Assembly (NCBI GenBank): GCA_904063045.1
Contig: CAJFCJ010000019.1
Span: 2,061,700 to 2,125,699, forward strand
Source: Dimorphilus gyrociliatus
Lineage: Eukaryota; Animalia; Annelida
Direction of reading: 5' to 3'
DNA length: 64,000 bases
The translations under genes were made by a program, and so were the position numbers. Position 1 is the stretch's first letter; each line of letters starts with the position of its first letter. Of the stretch, positions 26,269 through 38,300 are shown piece by piece. The notes under the pieces are model-generated. The model did no database searches and had not been told where the DNA came from. It saw only the letters and a list, made by a program, of their open reading frames with translations.

Positions 26269-28196
26269 ATGGACAATGATCCACCTCCACCATATTCCGA
26301 AGTTACTAGCTATTGCCTTTCTTTGGATGCTGCAAGGAGATTGAGTAATATAATAGCTGATAGTTCCTCAAATGTTCAACAAAATCCGATTGAAACCATT
26401 GTTGTTAGGCTGCACAATCAAATACCAGCTTTAAATAAATTAGTTAGTGAATTGAATGATACCGCCTTGGAAATAGAAGAAAAGAGAATTCATTTATTCA
26501 AACAGGTTAAACTTTCTTATCTTGCGTATTTGATGACTTTTTTTAGGGAGAGATAAGGAGTTCGACGAGAGTATCCGTTTTCAGCTCTCTTTTATCGGAG
26601 TTTGATAGATATTTAAAGAATATAAGGAAATATATTAATTCAACTTTCTTTCCTATCATAGGTTTGCACTTGGAGAAAAGAATTTCAATCATGGATGGAT
26701 CAGTGCTTTGATGAAATTGTAAAGAGGATTACTGGTGAATTGAACACTTGCAAGTTGAATGTTGACAATAGACGATTAAAATTAACAGAACTGACAGAAT
26801 CTGTTATAAGAGCTAGCGAAACGGCTTTACATATTGCGATTGGCGGACGACATGAAGAAATTCAGGAGATTCAAGAAAAGTTGCAATATAAAGAACGTAA
26901 AGTTCGTTCAGCCCTGTCTAATCCTATAGATAAAAGTTTTTCACAAATTTCCTACAATTCAAGTGCAGTCTCTTTGGAAGATTGTAAAAAGTTAGTTGGT
27001 AATTTACAAATGAAAATATCACGTAGTCAAACTCCGGTGAGTCATTCTAATCCATCTGTTGAGCCGGAAGTAAGTAATGAATATGATGAATCTGATGATA
27101 ATATGGCGAGGGAAGTGAATATATTCACTAGAAGAACCTCAACTGGACCGGAATTTAAAAAGCTCTACTTTAGTAGATCCTTCTCTACTAAAACATTTAA
27201 GGACAAAGCCCGATGCAATGCATTGTCTTTTACTTTTAATTGTCTCGATCAAGTGAGAATTTGCTACATTTTTTACATTCTATAATATCTATTTTATAAT
27301 GAATTGTTATTTAATTCTATCAGATAGTCGTTCCTGATAAAAACAACAAGAAATTAAAAGTTTTTACCCCAGAGGGACAACTGATGCAGGAATTGATACA
27401 TAATAAGCTCCGTTCACCTACCGATGTCGTCGTCTTGCCTTCTAATGATATGGTTGTTTCTGATCCCGAATGCGGTGATGCAAAAATCTTCTCCCCTTCG
27501 AATCAACTACTAGCATCGCTTCGACCCTGCGATAAACCTTGCGGACTTTCACTTGTGCCGAGTGCATCACACCTGATTGTTAGTTGTATTCTGACCAATT
27601 CGGTTCATTTAGTTGACTTACGTATTGGAGAGACTTCAGTGGCGAAAATTCGATACGGTCCCGATAAAGCACCTTTGTTTTCGTATCCGCATTATGTTTC
27701 AGCTGGTCCGAATCATTCGCTCTTTGTCAGTGATCGTATTAGCAATTGCGTTTGCCAATTAGATATTCGCAAAATATCTAGTAATGGTCAATATCCTCTT
27801 GTAAATAAGTTTGGTACACCAGGATCTGGGTTTGGGCAATTCCATGACCCTTATGGATGTTTTGCAATGGAAGAAGGGGGATTTCTAGTATGCGATTATT
27901 ATAATCATAGAATTCAAGCGGCGTGGGATTCATTCTATAATCCTCCGTTAACTGTAGATAATCATATAGATTTTCCGACTTGCGCTAAGTATACAGATTC
28001 TGGAAAATTATATGTGAGTGAATATATGACTGGCAGTATTAAAACTTGGGTTGATGTACCAACATTAACCAATGATAGACCTCCAGCTTATGACAATGAA
28101 TTGGATCTTTTAGCGTCAGGATCGTTCGCAGCCGCAATGGACGATTCAGCCAACCATTCATTATTAGTACAATCCAATTGGGAAAGTGCCCTATAA
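26269..28196 (+). CDS. Coiled-coil + NHL-repeat protein (TRIM-NHL-like, no RING or B-box) with PPxY motifs
   Basis: Exons 26269-26505, 26661-27252 and 27324-28196. NHL-type repeats (LRSPTDVVV, KPCGLS, FSYPHYVS..P...LFVSDR, FGTPGSGFGQFHDPYG...VCDYYNHRIQ), a helical heptad region, PPPPY at the N-terminus and PPAY near the C-terminus. Confidence 0.75.
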
Positions 28197-28973
28197 TATT
28201 TTCAGCAATAGCAAAATGAAAATAATTCAATAACACCTTTTCATATTATGATTTAGTGAAACAGAAGACAATTTTTATAACGATTTATTATATATAACAG
28301 TCAAATAAGAAACACATTCAGCAATATCTTATCATTTTTCTCTCTATATTAATTAATATATCTAACAACGATACTATATTCAAAAGTAGGAAAAAATTGA
28401 ATTCAATATCTCTTCTTAAGTGTTAATGTATTGTTTATTTTGTTTTCTATCTTGTTGCCGTGCTATGCTATACTTCAAGTATTCGAAAGTCAACGTTGTG
28501 ATTATTTTTTCTTTCTCTCTTTTTGTTTGTTTGTTCTTTTTTTTTACTTAGTAGGTCAATTAATAATTGGTGCTTGTAGACATTTTTTACTAAAAAATTG
28601 TACTAATTAATGTCTTTATACGTACGTATACTGTATATACGGTTTATACTAGAGTAAACTGTACACACTTTACGTAATAATTAGATTATGTTGTGTATTT
28701 TTACAAAACAATTGTAATGAAATGTGTTAAATAATCAATTAGATTTCATAATATACATATATATATATATTCTATTTTTAAATAACCTTTAACCTTTCAC
28801 GAAGTAAAATTTTCATCTCTCTCTCAAAGAGAGAGACAGAATTGGATTATATTCTCAATACAATAACAATTTATTTAATCATTTAAGAAATTATTTGTAA
28901 TTCTTTAGTTTTGTTTTTTTTTTCAAAATGAAAAAAAGAGGCACGTATTTTATTGTTGTGTATTGCCTTCGTA

Positions 28974-30746
28974 TTATTTATCATGAAATGATAAATGGCA
29001 AAAGAAATCTGGCCAAGAAGAACTGTAATGATTGCAAAAGGAGCAGTGAAGAGGATCCATTTCATCATGGCATTTGACGTGAGTTTCGTACAATTGTAGA
29101 TCATTAAATAAACAACCACACCAACAGATTCTTGTAGTACCTTCAGTAGAACACCTAATTCTTAATTCTTCCATTAGATCGTCAACACTTATTTCTTCCA
29201 GTTCAATTTGAGCATTAACATCTAAAAGGATAATATCTTCATCCGATTTTGCTTTATTTTTCTTTTTCTTTGAATTTTTTCTTTTATTACAACCTTTAAC
29301 AACATGTTGATCTAGACGAGCTCTTGTAGAAAACTTCGAACCGCAATTTCCGCATTCAAACGGTCTTTCATTATCACCATTCTGGTGCTCTAATTGATGG
29401 TCTATAAATGGAGCGATATCGGGGAGAAGTTGAGAGCACCAAGGACAAGGTATCAGTGCACCGTCTGGTGTATGAGATAGATAGTGGACGGCATAAATAT
29501 GAATATCGTCAAACGTCATAAGACATACGCAACATTCGAAGATAGCCGATGAATTATTTTTAACGCAACGTTTTCTATGATTGCTTAGATGATATCGAGA
29601 TTCTAAAGATTTTCCACATTCTTCACATGAAACGCTTTCTTCACTCCTGTGAACTAGTAATATGTGGGATTTTAGTAGATTGCTATCTGAAAAAAATTTG
29701 GAACAAAAACAACATCTGTTGTATTTTCGATCATCATCAAAAGCAGCTTGAGAGGGAGGAGCTGTCGATGTAACTGAGTGGGTTCTTTTAATATGAGATC
29801 TTAGAGAACTAGAAGCTCGAAAAGTTGTACCACAATGCTGACACTGATATTTTAAAGTTGTATCATGAATTTTATAATGCTTGTTTAACGATTCCTTAGA
29901 GGCTAATCTTTTCTTGCAAACGTTGCATTCATATTGTCTTTCATATTCGGCAAGATGTGTATCCATGTGTCGTTTCATGTGTCTATCATCTGAAAAAGGG
30001 CGACCGCAAATTGGACATGGAACCGAGGGTGGAGCATGAACTTGTCTTTTGTGATTAAGAACGTGCTGTCTCGTTAAGAATGATTTTCCGCAATCCTCAC
30101 ATGTCCAGGGCCTTTCGTTTGTGTGAAAGCGGCGAACGTGAACTTGCATCTGTACTTTTTGTCGGAATGACTCTCCGCAATAAGAGCAAACAAATGGCTT
30201 TTTTCCAGTATGCTGTAACTGATGCTTCTTCAACGAATCCATTGTTTTAAAAAATTTCTGACATGTTTTACATTCATATGGTCTTTCACCAGTATGTGTT
30301 CTCATATGAGCATTTAAATGAACTTTTTGTAAAAATCTTTTTTCGCAGATATTACACTGTAGGGCACTTTGACCAGTATGTAATCTCATATGGAGAGTTA
30401 ATATTCCTTTCTGACTGTATTGAGAACCACATATTTCACAAGAAAATTTCTCTCCTTTCTTTTTCTTTCCTTTTTTAATTATTTCATCGTTCTGTAATTC
30501 TAATTCGGGATTTGTGCATAGAAGAGGCTCCACATGTTGGCTTAGCACTGGCGAATAATGAATTTGTACCTCCTGGGCGCTTGTTACTAAGGGAAGGGTT
30601 TGGAACGTATAGGCCGACTGAACGAATGTTTGAACATTTTCTGATGAGTCGCTATATGTGTTATAACTTAACTTGCCAACGTCATGCTCAGAGCTCAAAC
30701 CACTTTGATCACTTTCAGTTATAAATTGAATTCCCAATTGTTCCAT
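28974..30746 (-). CDS. C2H2 zinc-finger protein (about 15 fingers; C-terminal Hunchback/Ikaros-like finger pairs)
   Basis: Single 590-aa ORF with tandem CxxC-x12-HxxxH fingers, TGERPY/TGKKPF linkers, two C2HC fingers and two terminal-type finger pairs. Confidence 0.92.
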   Translation of the reverse strand: MEQLGIQFITESDQSGLSSEHDVGKLSYNTYSDSSENVQTFVQSAYTFQTLPLVTSAQEVQIHYSPVLSQHVEPLLCTNPELELQNDEIIKKGKKKKGEKFSCEICGSQYSQKGILTLHMRLHTGQSALQCNICEKRFLQKVHLNAHMRTHTGERPYECKTCQKFFKTMDSLKKHQLQHTGKKPFVCSYCGESFRQKVQMQVHVRRFHTNERPWTCEDCGKSFLTRQHVLNHKRQVHAPPSVPCPICGRPFSDDRHMKRHMDTHLAEYERQYECNVCKKRLASKESLNKHYKIHDTTLKYQCQHCGTTFRASSSLRSHIKRTHSVTSTAPPSQAAFDDDRKYNRCCFCSKFFSDSNLLKSHILLVHRSEESVSCEECGKSLESRYHLSNHRKRCVKNNSSAIFECCVCLMTFDDIHIYAVHYLSHTPDGALIPCPWCSQLLPDIAPFIDHQLEHQNGDNERPFECGNCGSKFSTRARLDQHVVKGCNKRKNSKKKKNKAKSDEDIILLDVNAQIELEEISVDDLMEELRIRCSTEGTTRICWCGCLFNDLQLYETHVKCHDEMDPLHCSFCNHYSSSWPDFFCHLSFHDK

Positions 30747-31099
30747 TTAAAATTTTTCACAATGCTTGTACCACCTGAATTTATTAAAGCCGCCAAACTC
30801 ACTAACTATATCACGTCCACGCGTCAGATGGAGGGCAACGAAGTGCTAACAAAGTCGACCCGGAGGCTTTTGATTAAAAATACAGATTGATCATTTGAGA
30901 AAATAGACTGTAATTCATTCAAATACAGTATTTATACAATTTAAACATATCCAAAGACAACGAAAAGCCAACTTTTTCGCTATTAATTATCAACAAAATG
31001 GCCGTCCAGTTTAGCTTTAAGGACACCGTAGTTTTTGGAATGCGGTTTTTTTTTACATTTTGCGCGGGAAATATAAAAAAAAGAAAAAAAAGGAAATTT

Positions 31100-32306
31100 T
31101 TACATATTTTTCATATCGTGTTTTTTTAAATAACTACGTCGAGCCTCTTGAAGAAGTAAGTCTTTCCTCTCTTGAAGGCTCATGCTCGTCAAGTCAGCTT
31201 TCTTATTTCGTCGAGTAATTTTTTCTTCAATATCATGCTTTTCAAGTCGATTTAAACTTTCGCTAGAAATTGAGCGTGCATCGAGGGGATTTTCAACCAA
31301 ATGTGCAATTGTAACTTCGACATCGTCGTTAATTAAAAGTTGTTTTTTGATATCGGATGGACTAACGTGAGGAAGCACAGCTAAAACTTGTTTTACCATT
31401 TCATCAATTCGATTTGTCTCCTTAGATCCTTGAGATCTTTTAAATAAACGATTTTTGGCTAATTCGACTTTGTCAGCACATGTAAAATTCGTTGATGATA
31501 GTTGTAGATGATGGGCCATTTGTTCTTGATATCTTAAAGCAATTTCGTCGTCGGATTCATCTTCTCGTCTAGCGACGATGGGAAGAACGTTTACTTTCCA
31601 TATGGTTAGTGGACAGAAAAATGTATATAATGCATCTGTCCACCATCTCCCACCTAGAACAGAGGGCGATACTCTCATAGGCCTATAAATTTCAATTGTA
31701 ACAGCTTGAACTGGTTCGCCCACATTCCACGGCCAGGATGCAAATTTTAACAAGCCTTTCTGGCCGGACGTTGTTGCTCCTTCAGGAAAAACAAGAATAG
31801 ACGTTGAACAATCATTGAGGTGCTTTTTAACATTTTTAACTAAGGACTTTCTCCCGCAAGAAGCGTTAAAGTCGGAATATCCCAGACACCAAGCTAATGA
31901 CTTAGGCACATTCCAAATGCAAGGTGTAACGACATTCCATAAAAGTGCTAGAACCCAATGATCTACAGCACTTAAAAAATTTGCAACAATAATTTTGCAG
32001 TTTTCTTCCCTGATTCCCGATTCATGAATGACGACCATTCCTAGTATAGCAAAAGGTACTCTTAAAATATACCGCCTAAACGACCATGATTTAGGTATGA
32101 TTGTACATATGAGAAAGACTTGTAAACCAATAAATAGGCGAAGGATTAAAAGAATCAGGCCTAAAGGAGAATAGAGGATGAAAGACAGAGTGGATTTAAC
32201 CGAATGATGAATCCTGTAATAGAAAAGATTATAGATGTATTTAACTGGGGCGATCAAAATTTAACCTGTGTTCTTCAAATAATTCATTCACTTCTAAACT
32301 GGTCAT
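31100..32306 (-). CDS. AUP1: Ancient ubiquitous protein 1 (lipid droplet/ERAD factor)
   Basis: Exons 32306-32266 (MTSLEVNELFEEHR) and 32213-31100. LYSPLGLILLILRLFIGLQVFL hairpin, acyltransferase-like region (LVFPEGATTSG..GLLKF), CUE domain (MVKQVLAVLPHV...IKKQL) and G2BR (SLQERKDLLLQEARRSYLKKH). Confidence 0.93.
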
Positions 32307-33423
32307 TGCTGAAGAGCTTTACAATATTAAAATAATACGATGTAGAACAAGCAAGAGACTCAAACCGGAAAGGGAAACTGTTCTAGTATATATTTTATTG
32401 CGTCTTTCTTAGTATACAGCGACATCTTGTGTGCGTTTGTAAAATAATTTTATTTATATTGCGTAGAAAAGGGTTTAATAATTAATAAATTATAAATGAC
32501 TCAAATTTGAAAATTGCTAGGCAAAAATTAAATGTTTACAAACAAACGAAATTTCATCAGAATAAACAATAATAGAAGAAAAAAAAAGAGAAAGTAGAGC
32601 ATGGTCAAACTTCTATTTAACCAAAAAGAAAAATACATTAAAAAGTTTCCTTTAAAGCAGTAATTTAACATATTTAATTGAAAATTAATTAATTAAAATA
32701 TAATTAATAGTTTAACAACGGCTTGAAAGAGATTATCATTTCCAGAGTTTAAATATGATATAAACTGCATACTGTATAGTATATACTATTATAGTTCTAT
32801 AATTCTTAAGAAATCCTCTTTCTTGGAAATTACAAGATTAAATAAAATGGTAGCTACAACACTTATATTCAACTTACGAATATAGAGATAATAATTTTAA
32901 AAAATGGAGTATTTTGGCGTTTTTATTGGCATAAATTACTTATTACGTAATATTCAACTTTATATTACGACACCATCATAAGTTATTATTGTTTACATAT
33001 TTCGAAGTGAATAATATATTATTATAAAAAGTACCTAAATATATTTATACTCGGACACAAATACTGTATTTATGTATATATAGAAACTGAAGATAAGATG
33101 CTAATAAATAATAAATGATTAAATATAGAAAGCTAAGACAGGAAAGCAGTTCCGTCCGTAGGGGGTTGAAAAAATCAATAATTAAGCTTTTAATGGTATA
33201 TATTTTTATGAACAAGCGTAAAATTAATTCATTAAGACGTCATTTAAAGATTTCCGCCCTATAGTTTGTAGGTTGTTAAGTAAATAAATCGCTTTCCTTT
33301 CATAACTTATGATAAAAACTTATGTTTTCTGTACATAGATGTCGCTATAATTCACTTTTTAGGCAGAAAACAACCTTTGCAATATCGGGTCATTTCGTAC
33401 ACCAAAACAATAACAGAGGAGCG

Positions 33424-33429
33424 CACGTA
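33424..33429 (-). promoter_or_regulatory. Candidate hypoxia-response element (TACGTG)
   Basis: CACGTA on + reads TACGTG on -, 44 nt upstream of the BNIP3 ATG. A short motif, so support is contextual only. Confidence 0.35.
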
Positions 33430-33472
33430 GCACTTTGTTGAACAGAAAAGAAGACGATCGCGTACAGGAACA

Positions 33473-34364
33473 ATGTCAACTCTTGAACGAACGGAAAGTA
33501 AAGAGAGTCAATTAAATGGTAAGATGTTTGCTATCAGTTTTTTAACTTTCGAAGCAGCAAAATTGTAAAATATTTTGCTGCGCAAATTATTGCCGCCATT
33601 TTGGAAAAAAATTGCTCTTTAGGTCAGTGTTACAAACTAGTGATCACCCGACTAATTCCAACAGATTCATGGGTAGAAGTGGGAAGCAGTAGAGGGTCGA
33701 CTCCTCCACTTTTCCCTCGTATTAATATGACTAATGAGCAGATGGAGAAAATGTTGCTCGAGGCTCAAAAGGAACTCTCAAGACATACTTCGATAAATGC
33801 GAGCACTATATCTAGTCGTACAAGGTTTTTTCGTGATTACCTTAATATATTCGACCAAAGTGTATAATTATCTCTTGCAGCCCTAAAAGCCCACACAGCC
33901 CTGTGTCTGATCCAACTCAAACTAAGACGGTACAAGAATTCGAAAATTCCGACTGGATATGGGATTGGTCGAGTCGGCCAGAAATTAAACCACCCAGGTT
34001 GCAACTTTTTTTATAGACTTGTTTTTATTATAATCTACGAGGTCTTATTTTGTTAGCAGTGACATACAATCCAATAAATATAAACACTTTCCACGATCCG
34101 AAACGGGAAAATCTAAAAGACACGGTCTTAGTGTTCGAAACACTGGAATCATATCCAATCTACCGGCTCTGCTCTTCACTCATGCTGCTACATTTATCCT
34201 TGGAGCAGCAGCGTAAGTTAACAAAGCATAATTATACCTTATTTAATTCGTTAATGACCTAATTTTTTCTTCCACCATTTTCTCTACAAATCTATAGAAT
34301 GTTCCTTTGGATGAAGAAGTTTTCGAAGTGTTCTTGTAAGCACCTATCTGTCGAATTTCTCTAA
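33473..34364 (+). CDS. BNIP3: BNIP3/BNIP3L(NIX)-family mitophagy receptor
   Basis: Hand-spliced exons 33473-33518, 33665-33824, 33881-33997, 34057-34212 and 34298-34364. LIR DSWVEV, MEKMLLEAQKE, SPKSPHSP, DWIWDWSSRPE, LSVRNT and a C-terminal TM (LLFTHAATFILGAAAMFLW). Largely missed by the ORF track. Confidence 0.9.
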
Positions 34365-35373
34365 TGAACTGCATTTCTTAACATAGTTTATGTATGTTGT
34401 GAAAAGAAAAGAAAAAAAAAAAAATATTCTCTTTTTTTGATGCTGTACATCGTTTTTTTTTGCTTAACTATTTTCTTTAAAAAAAAAAAAACAATGTAAT
34501 TCCGTTTGTTATTTTTTGTGTTTTATTCATCTAGTTAGATAAAAATTGTGGATAAAAATTATTACTGTATAGGAAATCATTGTTCTTAACGATCATTCGA
34601 AAAGGTAAAAATATTTAATAATTATTATAAACGGTTTTATGGGTCAATGTTATATTAAAATTGTATACCTTTCCTCTCTCCGTTTTTGCATAAACTAAGT
34701 TGGTAATGATGATATTATTACATATATATAAATTGTTTGACGGTTAAATCTTTACCTAATTTATATTAAAGAAAAAACGAATATATATATATATACTGTA
34801 TATCTTGCATTCATATAGGTTATTACCTCATCTATATTTATTCTTTATCTTATCTCATCAATTCTTAATGATTTTTTGAGATAATTTGAAAAGCAGTCGT
34901 TCTGTATATTTAAATTTTTTTTAAAAAGTAGATTTGGGAGTATTTTTGTTTTTAATGCTTTCGATAAATTTAAATTATGTTAAAAGGGTAAACTATACAC
35001 TATTTCTATGACGTAATATATAAATACTTTATTTTTTGGTATATACATTTGATTATTACTATTGAAATAACTCTTGTTGAAAAGATTAAACTACATTAAA
35101 TAAAGCCTTGTTTATATAGATAGGGAACAATCGATTTAATTTGTAATATATTATGTAATATAAGGATATCCTTATCGGAATTCAACAGTAAAAAACAAAT
35201 TCCCTATATACAGTATATTTAATTAAAAATAAGGTTTTATTTTACTTTATTGACTAATAGCAATAGTTAAAGCTTTAATATAAACAGGTTAATCTCAATT
35301 GTATTATTAAATAAAGTTTTACTTCTTTTGACAATTGATTGGAACTACTTATTTTATATTATCCTTTCTCGCC

Positions 35374-38300
35374 TTAGACATCGCGCTCTTCAGTATTCGA
35401 TCCAAAGTCACTAACTACAATATTTGAATGGCCTTGACCGGCAAGTTTAAACGTATTTTTTAACATAAGCAGATCTTCTTTACGCTTTTCATTCCTCCTA
35501 TAGAATGGTTTTTTTAATTTAGTTAAACCAAATTTAATTAAGTATTATTTATAGACAGACCATGTAAGAGGTGAATCTGAAACGTTTCCATCGTCGACAA
35601 CGGGTAAATTGCCTTCCCTTCTGGTTGTTGAAGATTGAACTTGAATAGGTGCTGAACCTCTAACTGGGAGATTAAGGTTGTTCAAAGTACTGATAATTTC
35701 TTGGAGATCATTTTTTATTTTTCTATTGAAATTATCTTGAGTAGCCTTTAGTTGTGTTATCTCATTCTAAGAGAGGAAGATAAACGTTTACGGATAGGTT
35801 TATTGACTAGAAACACATCTTACTTTTATTATTGTATATTGATTTTCCATCTTTTTAACTTGTCCCGTCCTAAGACTAGCAAGTCGGGCGAATTGTCCTT
35901 CTTGGGGTTGATCTTTAATATGTTTCTCTTCATCATCTTCTGAATCTTTTAATGCAGATTGTAACTCATCCAATTGATTCTAAAACGAACACGACAAAAT
36001 AAGGAAATCAGTGATAGTTTTCAAGTAAGGTTAGTAGTCCTGGGTATATTCAAGTGGTAGCAAGAAAAAAAAACATGCTCAATTGCTTAATTTATGCAAA
36101 AGAGTGTGTAATGCATGCATAGTGATAAGAAGGCTTATATATGTAAGTAATGCTCTTATTTTTCATTTTGATTTTTCTATCTTTCAATCTTTTTGTAAAA
36201 TAACACCTGTATAACGACGACAGCCTGGTTTTTATCAGTTAGTTGGTTAACTGAATATGAAGACATTTCAGGGTTTAAATAGTCAAGTATGCTATCCAAA
36301 CGTTGCTTTTTTATATAGTATATAAAGTATCAGTACAAAAATAATAAATAAGATAAATATGATATAGTATTTACCCTAATTTGTATAGTAACTTTTTGTA
36401 GACTTTCTTTTCCATCATCGATATCGTCATCGTCGTAAAAACGTTCTTCAGGACTGCAATAGTTGTGTATATATTCTCTAAACTTTTCCCTTTTCTTTTT
36501 GGTTAGACCCTCTTCAATGTTTAATATTGTAATTGCCTTTTGCATAGCAGCATTTGCTCTAGCATTATCATATACACGTTGAAATGTGTCAGACATAAGG
36601 GCAATTATTAAATTAAGCATAATAATTGCTGATAGAGCTAACCAACTTCCCAAAAGTAAAAATGTCATAAACTTATCTATACCGATCATTCCCTTTAAAA
36701 ATAATGAAAGTTATCATTATTAAATAATTTTGTTTGTTTGTTTGTTTTACATACATCAAAATCGTAATCATCAACAAGAGTTATTCGAAACAGCGTAAAT
36801 ATAAGCATATCGAATGTTTTCATTCCACTGACAGATGATTTTGTTCTGTTGAGATGAATTTCATTAATGTTCTTCTCTGGCCTCTTAGACGCCCCAAAGA
36901 TCATCCAAAAAGCGAAAACTGGTAATAAATAATTTTTAAATGAATAATCATTGTCCTTTAATTATGTATATAAATTTAGATACCGTATGGACAGAAGAAC
37001 ACCAAGTAGACAAATACAAACTTAAATATGTCTGTCAGCATTTTAAAGATCATGACTACAAAAGGGCCTGTAGAAAAATTCAATGCAAGGTTAGATATGT
37101 TTATGATTAAGTTAATTATTAAGGGATGACTGACCAACGGAGTATGCTCTAGCAATTTTTAATATTCTTATCCATATAAGAATAATTGCTATTGCCATAA
37201 TTCGTATATGCCATCTCGATATTGCATTTGTATGATCAATAACATCAACAACGTGAGTTATTGATGCAACCGTTAGTAAAACGTAACAAATCCAATCGAA
37301 AATATTCCATGGATCATTGAAATACGAAGCTCTGAATAAGGCGACAAAAGAATAACAAAATGTCTTTACAGACGATGTCTCTTCCGGTACGGTTTTCACT
37401 TCAGAATCATTTATACCATTCAGTCTATCAATTTCTGAGTTTAAATATGCAGTTTCCTCAGGCCAGCGCGGATGGCAAAACTGTAAATCTTTTCGCACTT
37501 CTTCTTCCCGCCAATTTTTCCATTTCTAAAAATATTAATAATCATCTTATGATAACATTTTACCACATATTATACAAATACCAAATGAGCTTTTCGAGAG
37601 CTTCTATATTCCTTAATTTCTTCTATAACTTGCCAAAGAGTCATAGCCACAGCTAAAATCTAAATAATTTGAATAAAAATGATTATAATCCAAATGGATA
37701 ATGGTCTAACAAATTCCTTTTACCCAAAGTATTATCCTCCACCATTCTGATTTTAAATTGTATTCATGGCGAGTTTCATGATCTTTACTAAGACCTATTG
37801 CCGTCCATATTCCGATGAAAATGACTGCTTTAACTATTTGCCATAATCCACCTTTTCTATTTTATAAAAAGAGATAAAAAAAGAAGATCAATTATAAAAA
37901 CTCAAAATTGAAAAGATAACAAATAAACAACAAAATAGAATATAATAGATAAAATGCCAAACAGATAAGCAAATTAAAATGAAACAAACCTGGCAAAATA
38001 CTCCCACTTAACATTTATTAAACGATCAAAAACTGGGTGAATAATTAAATCGTATTTAAAGTGCGTTACGGCAACCAGGAGCTGTTAAAGATAGTTAGAG
38101 ATTTCTTTTTATAAGTATGTTAGTGCCTAATCTGCTTTAAAATTATCTAAAAAAGTTATAATTAATTTTGAAATATTAGAGGAGTCTTTCAAAAAGAAAA
38201 AACCAAACAACATTGAAAAGATCGTTAAGCAACAAATTAATAAATCATAAGTAGAAGAGAAAGAATAATAATTAATTGAATATTTTGATCTTTGTTACAA

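Noticed and set aside
9057-34364. Apparent mitochondrial/lipid-droplet functional cluster (QRSL1, ACSL, NDUFB8, AUP1, BNIP3)
   Set aside because: The genes are interspersed with unrelated ones on mixed strands, and such housekeeping genes are common enough that chance proximity is expected.
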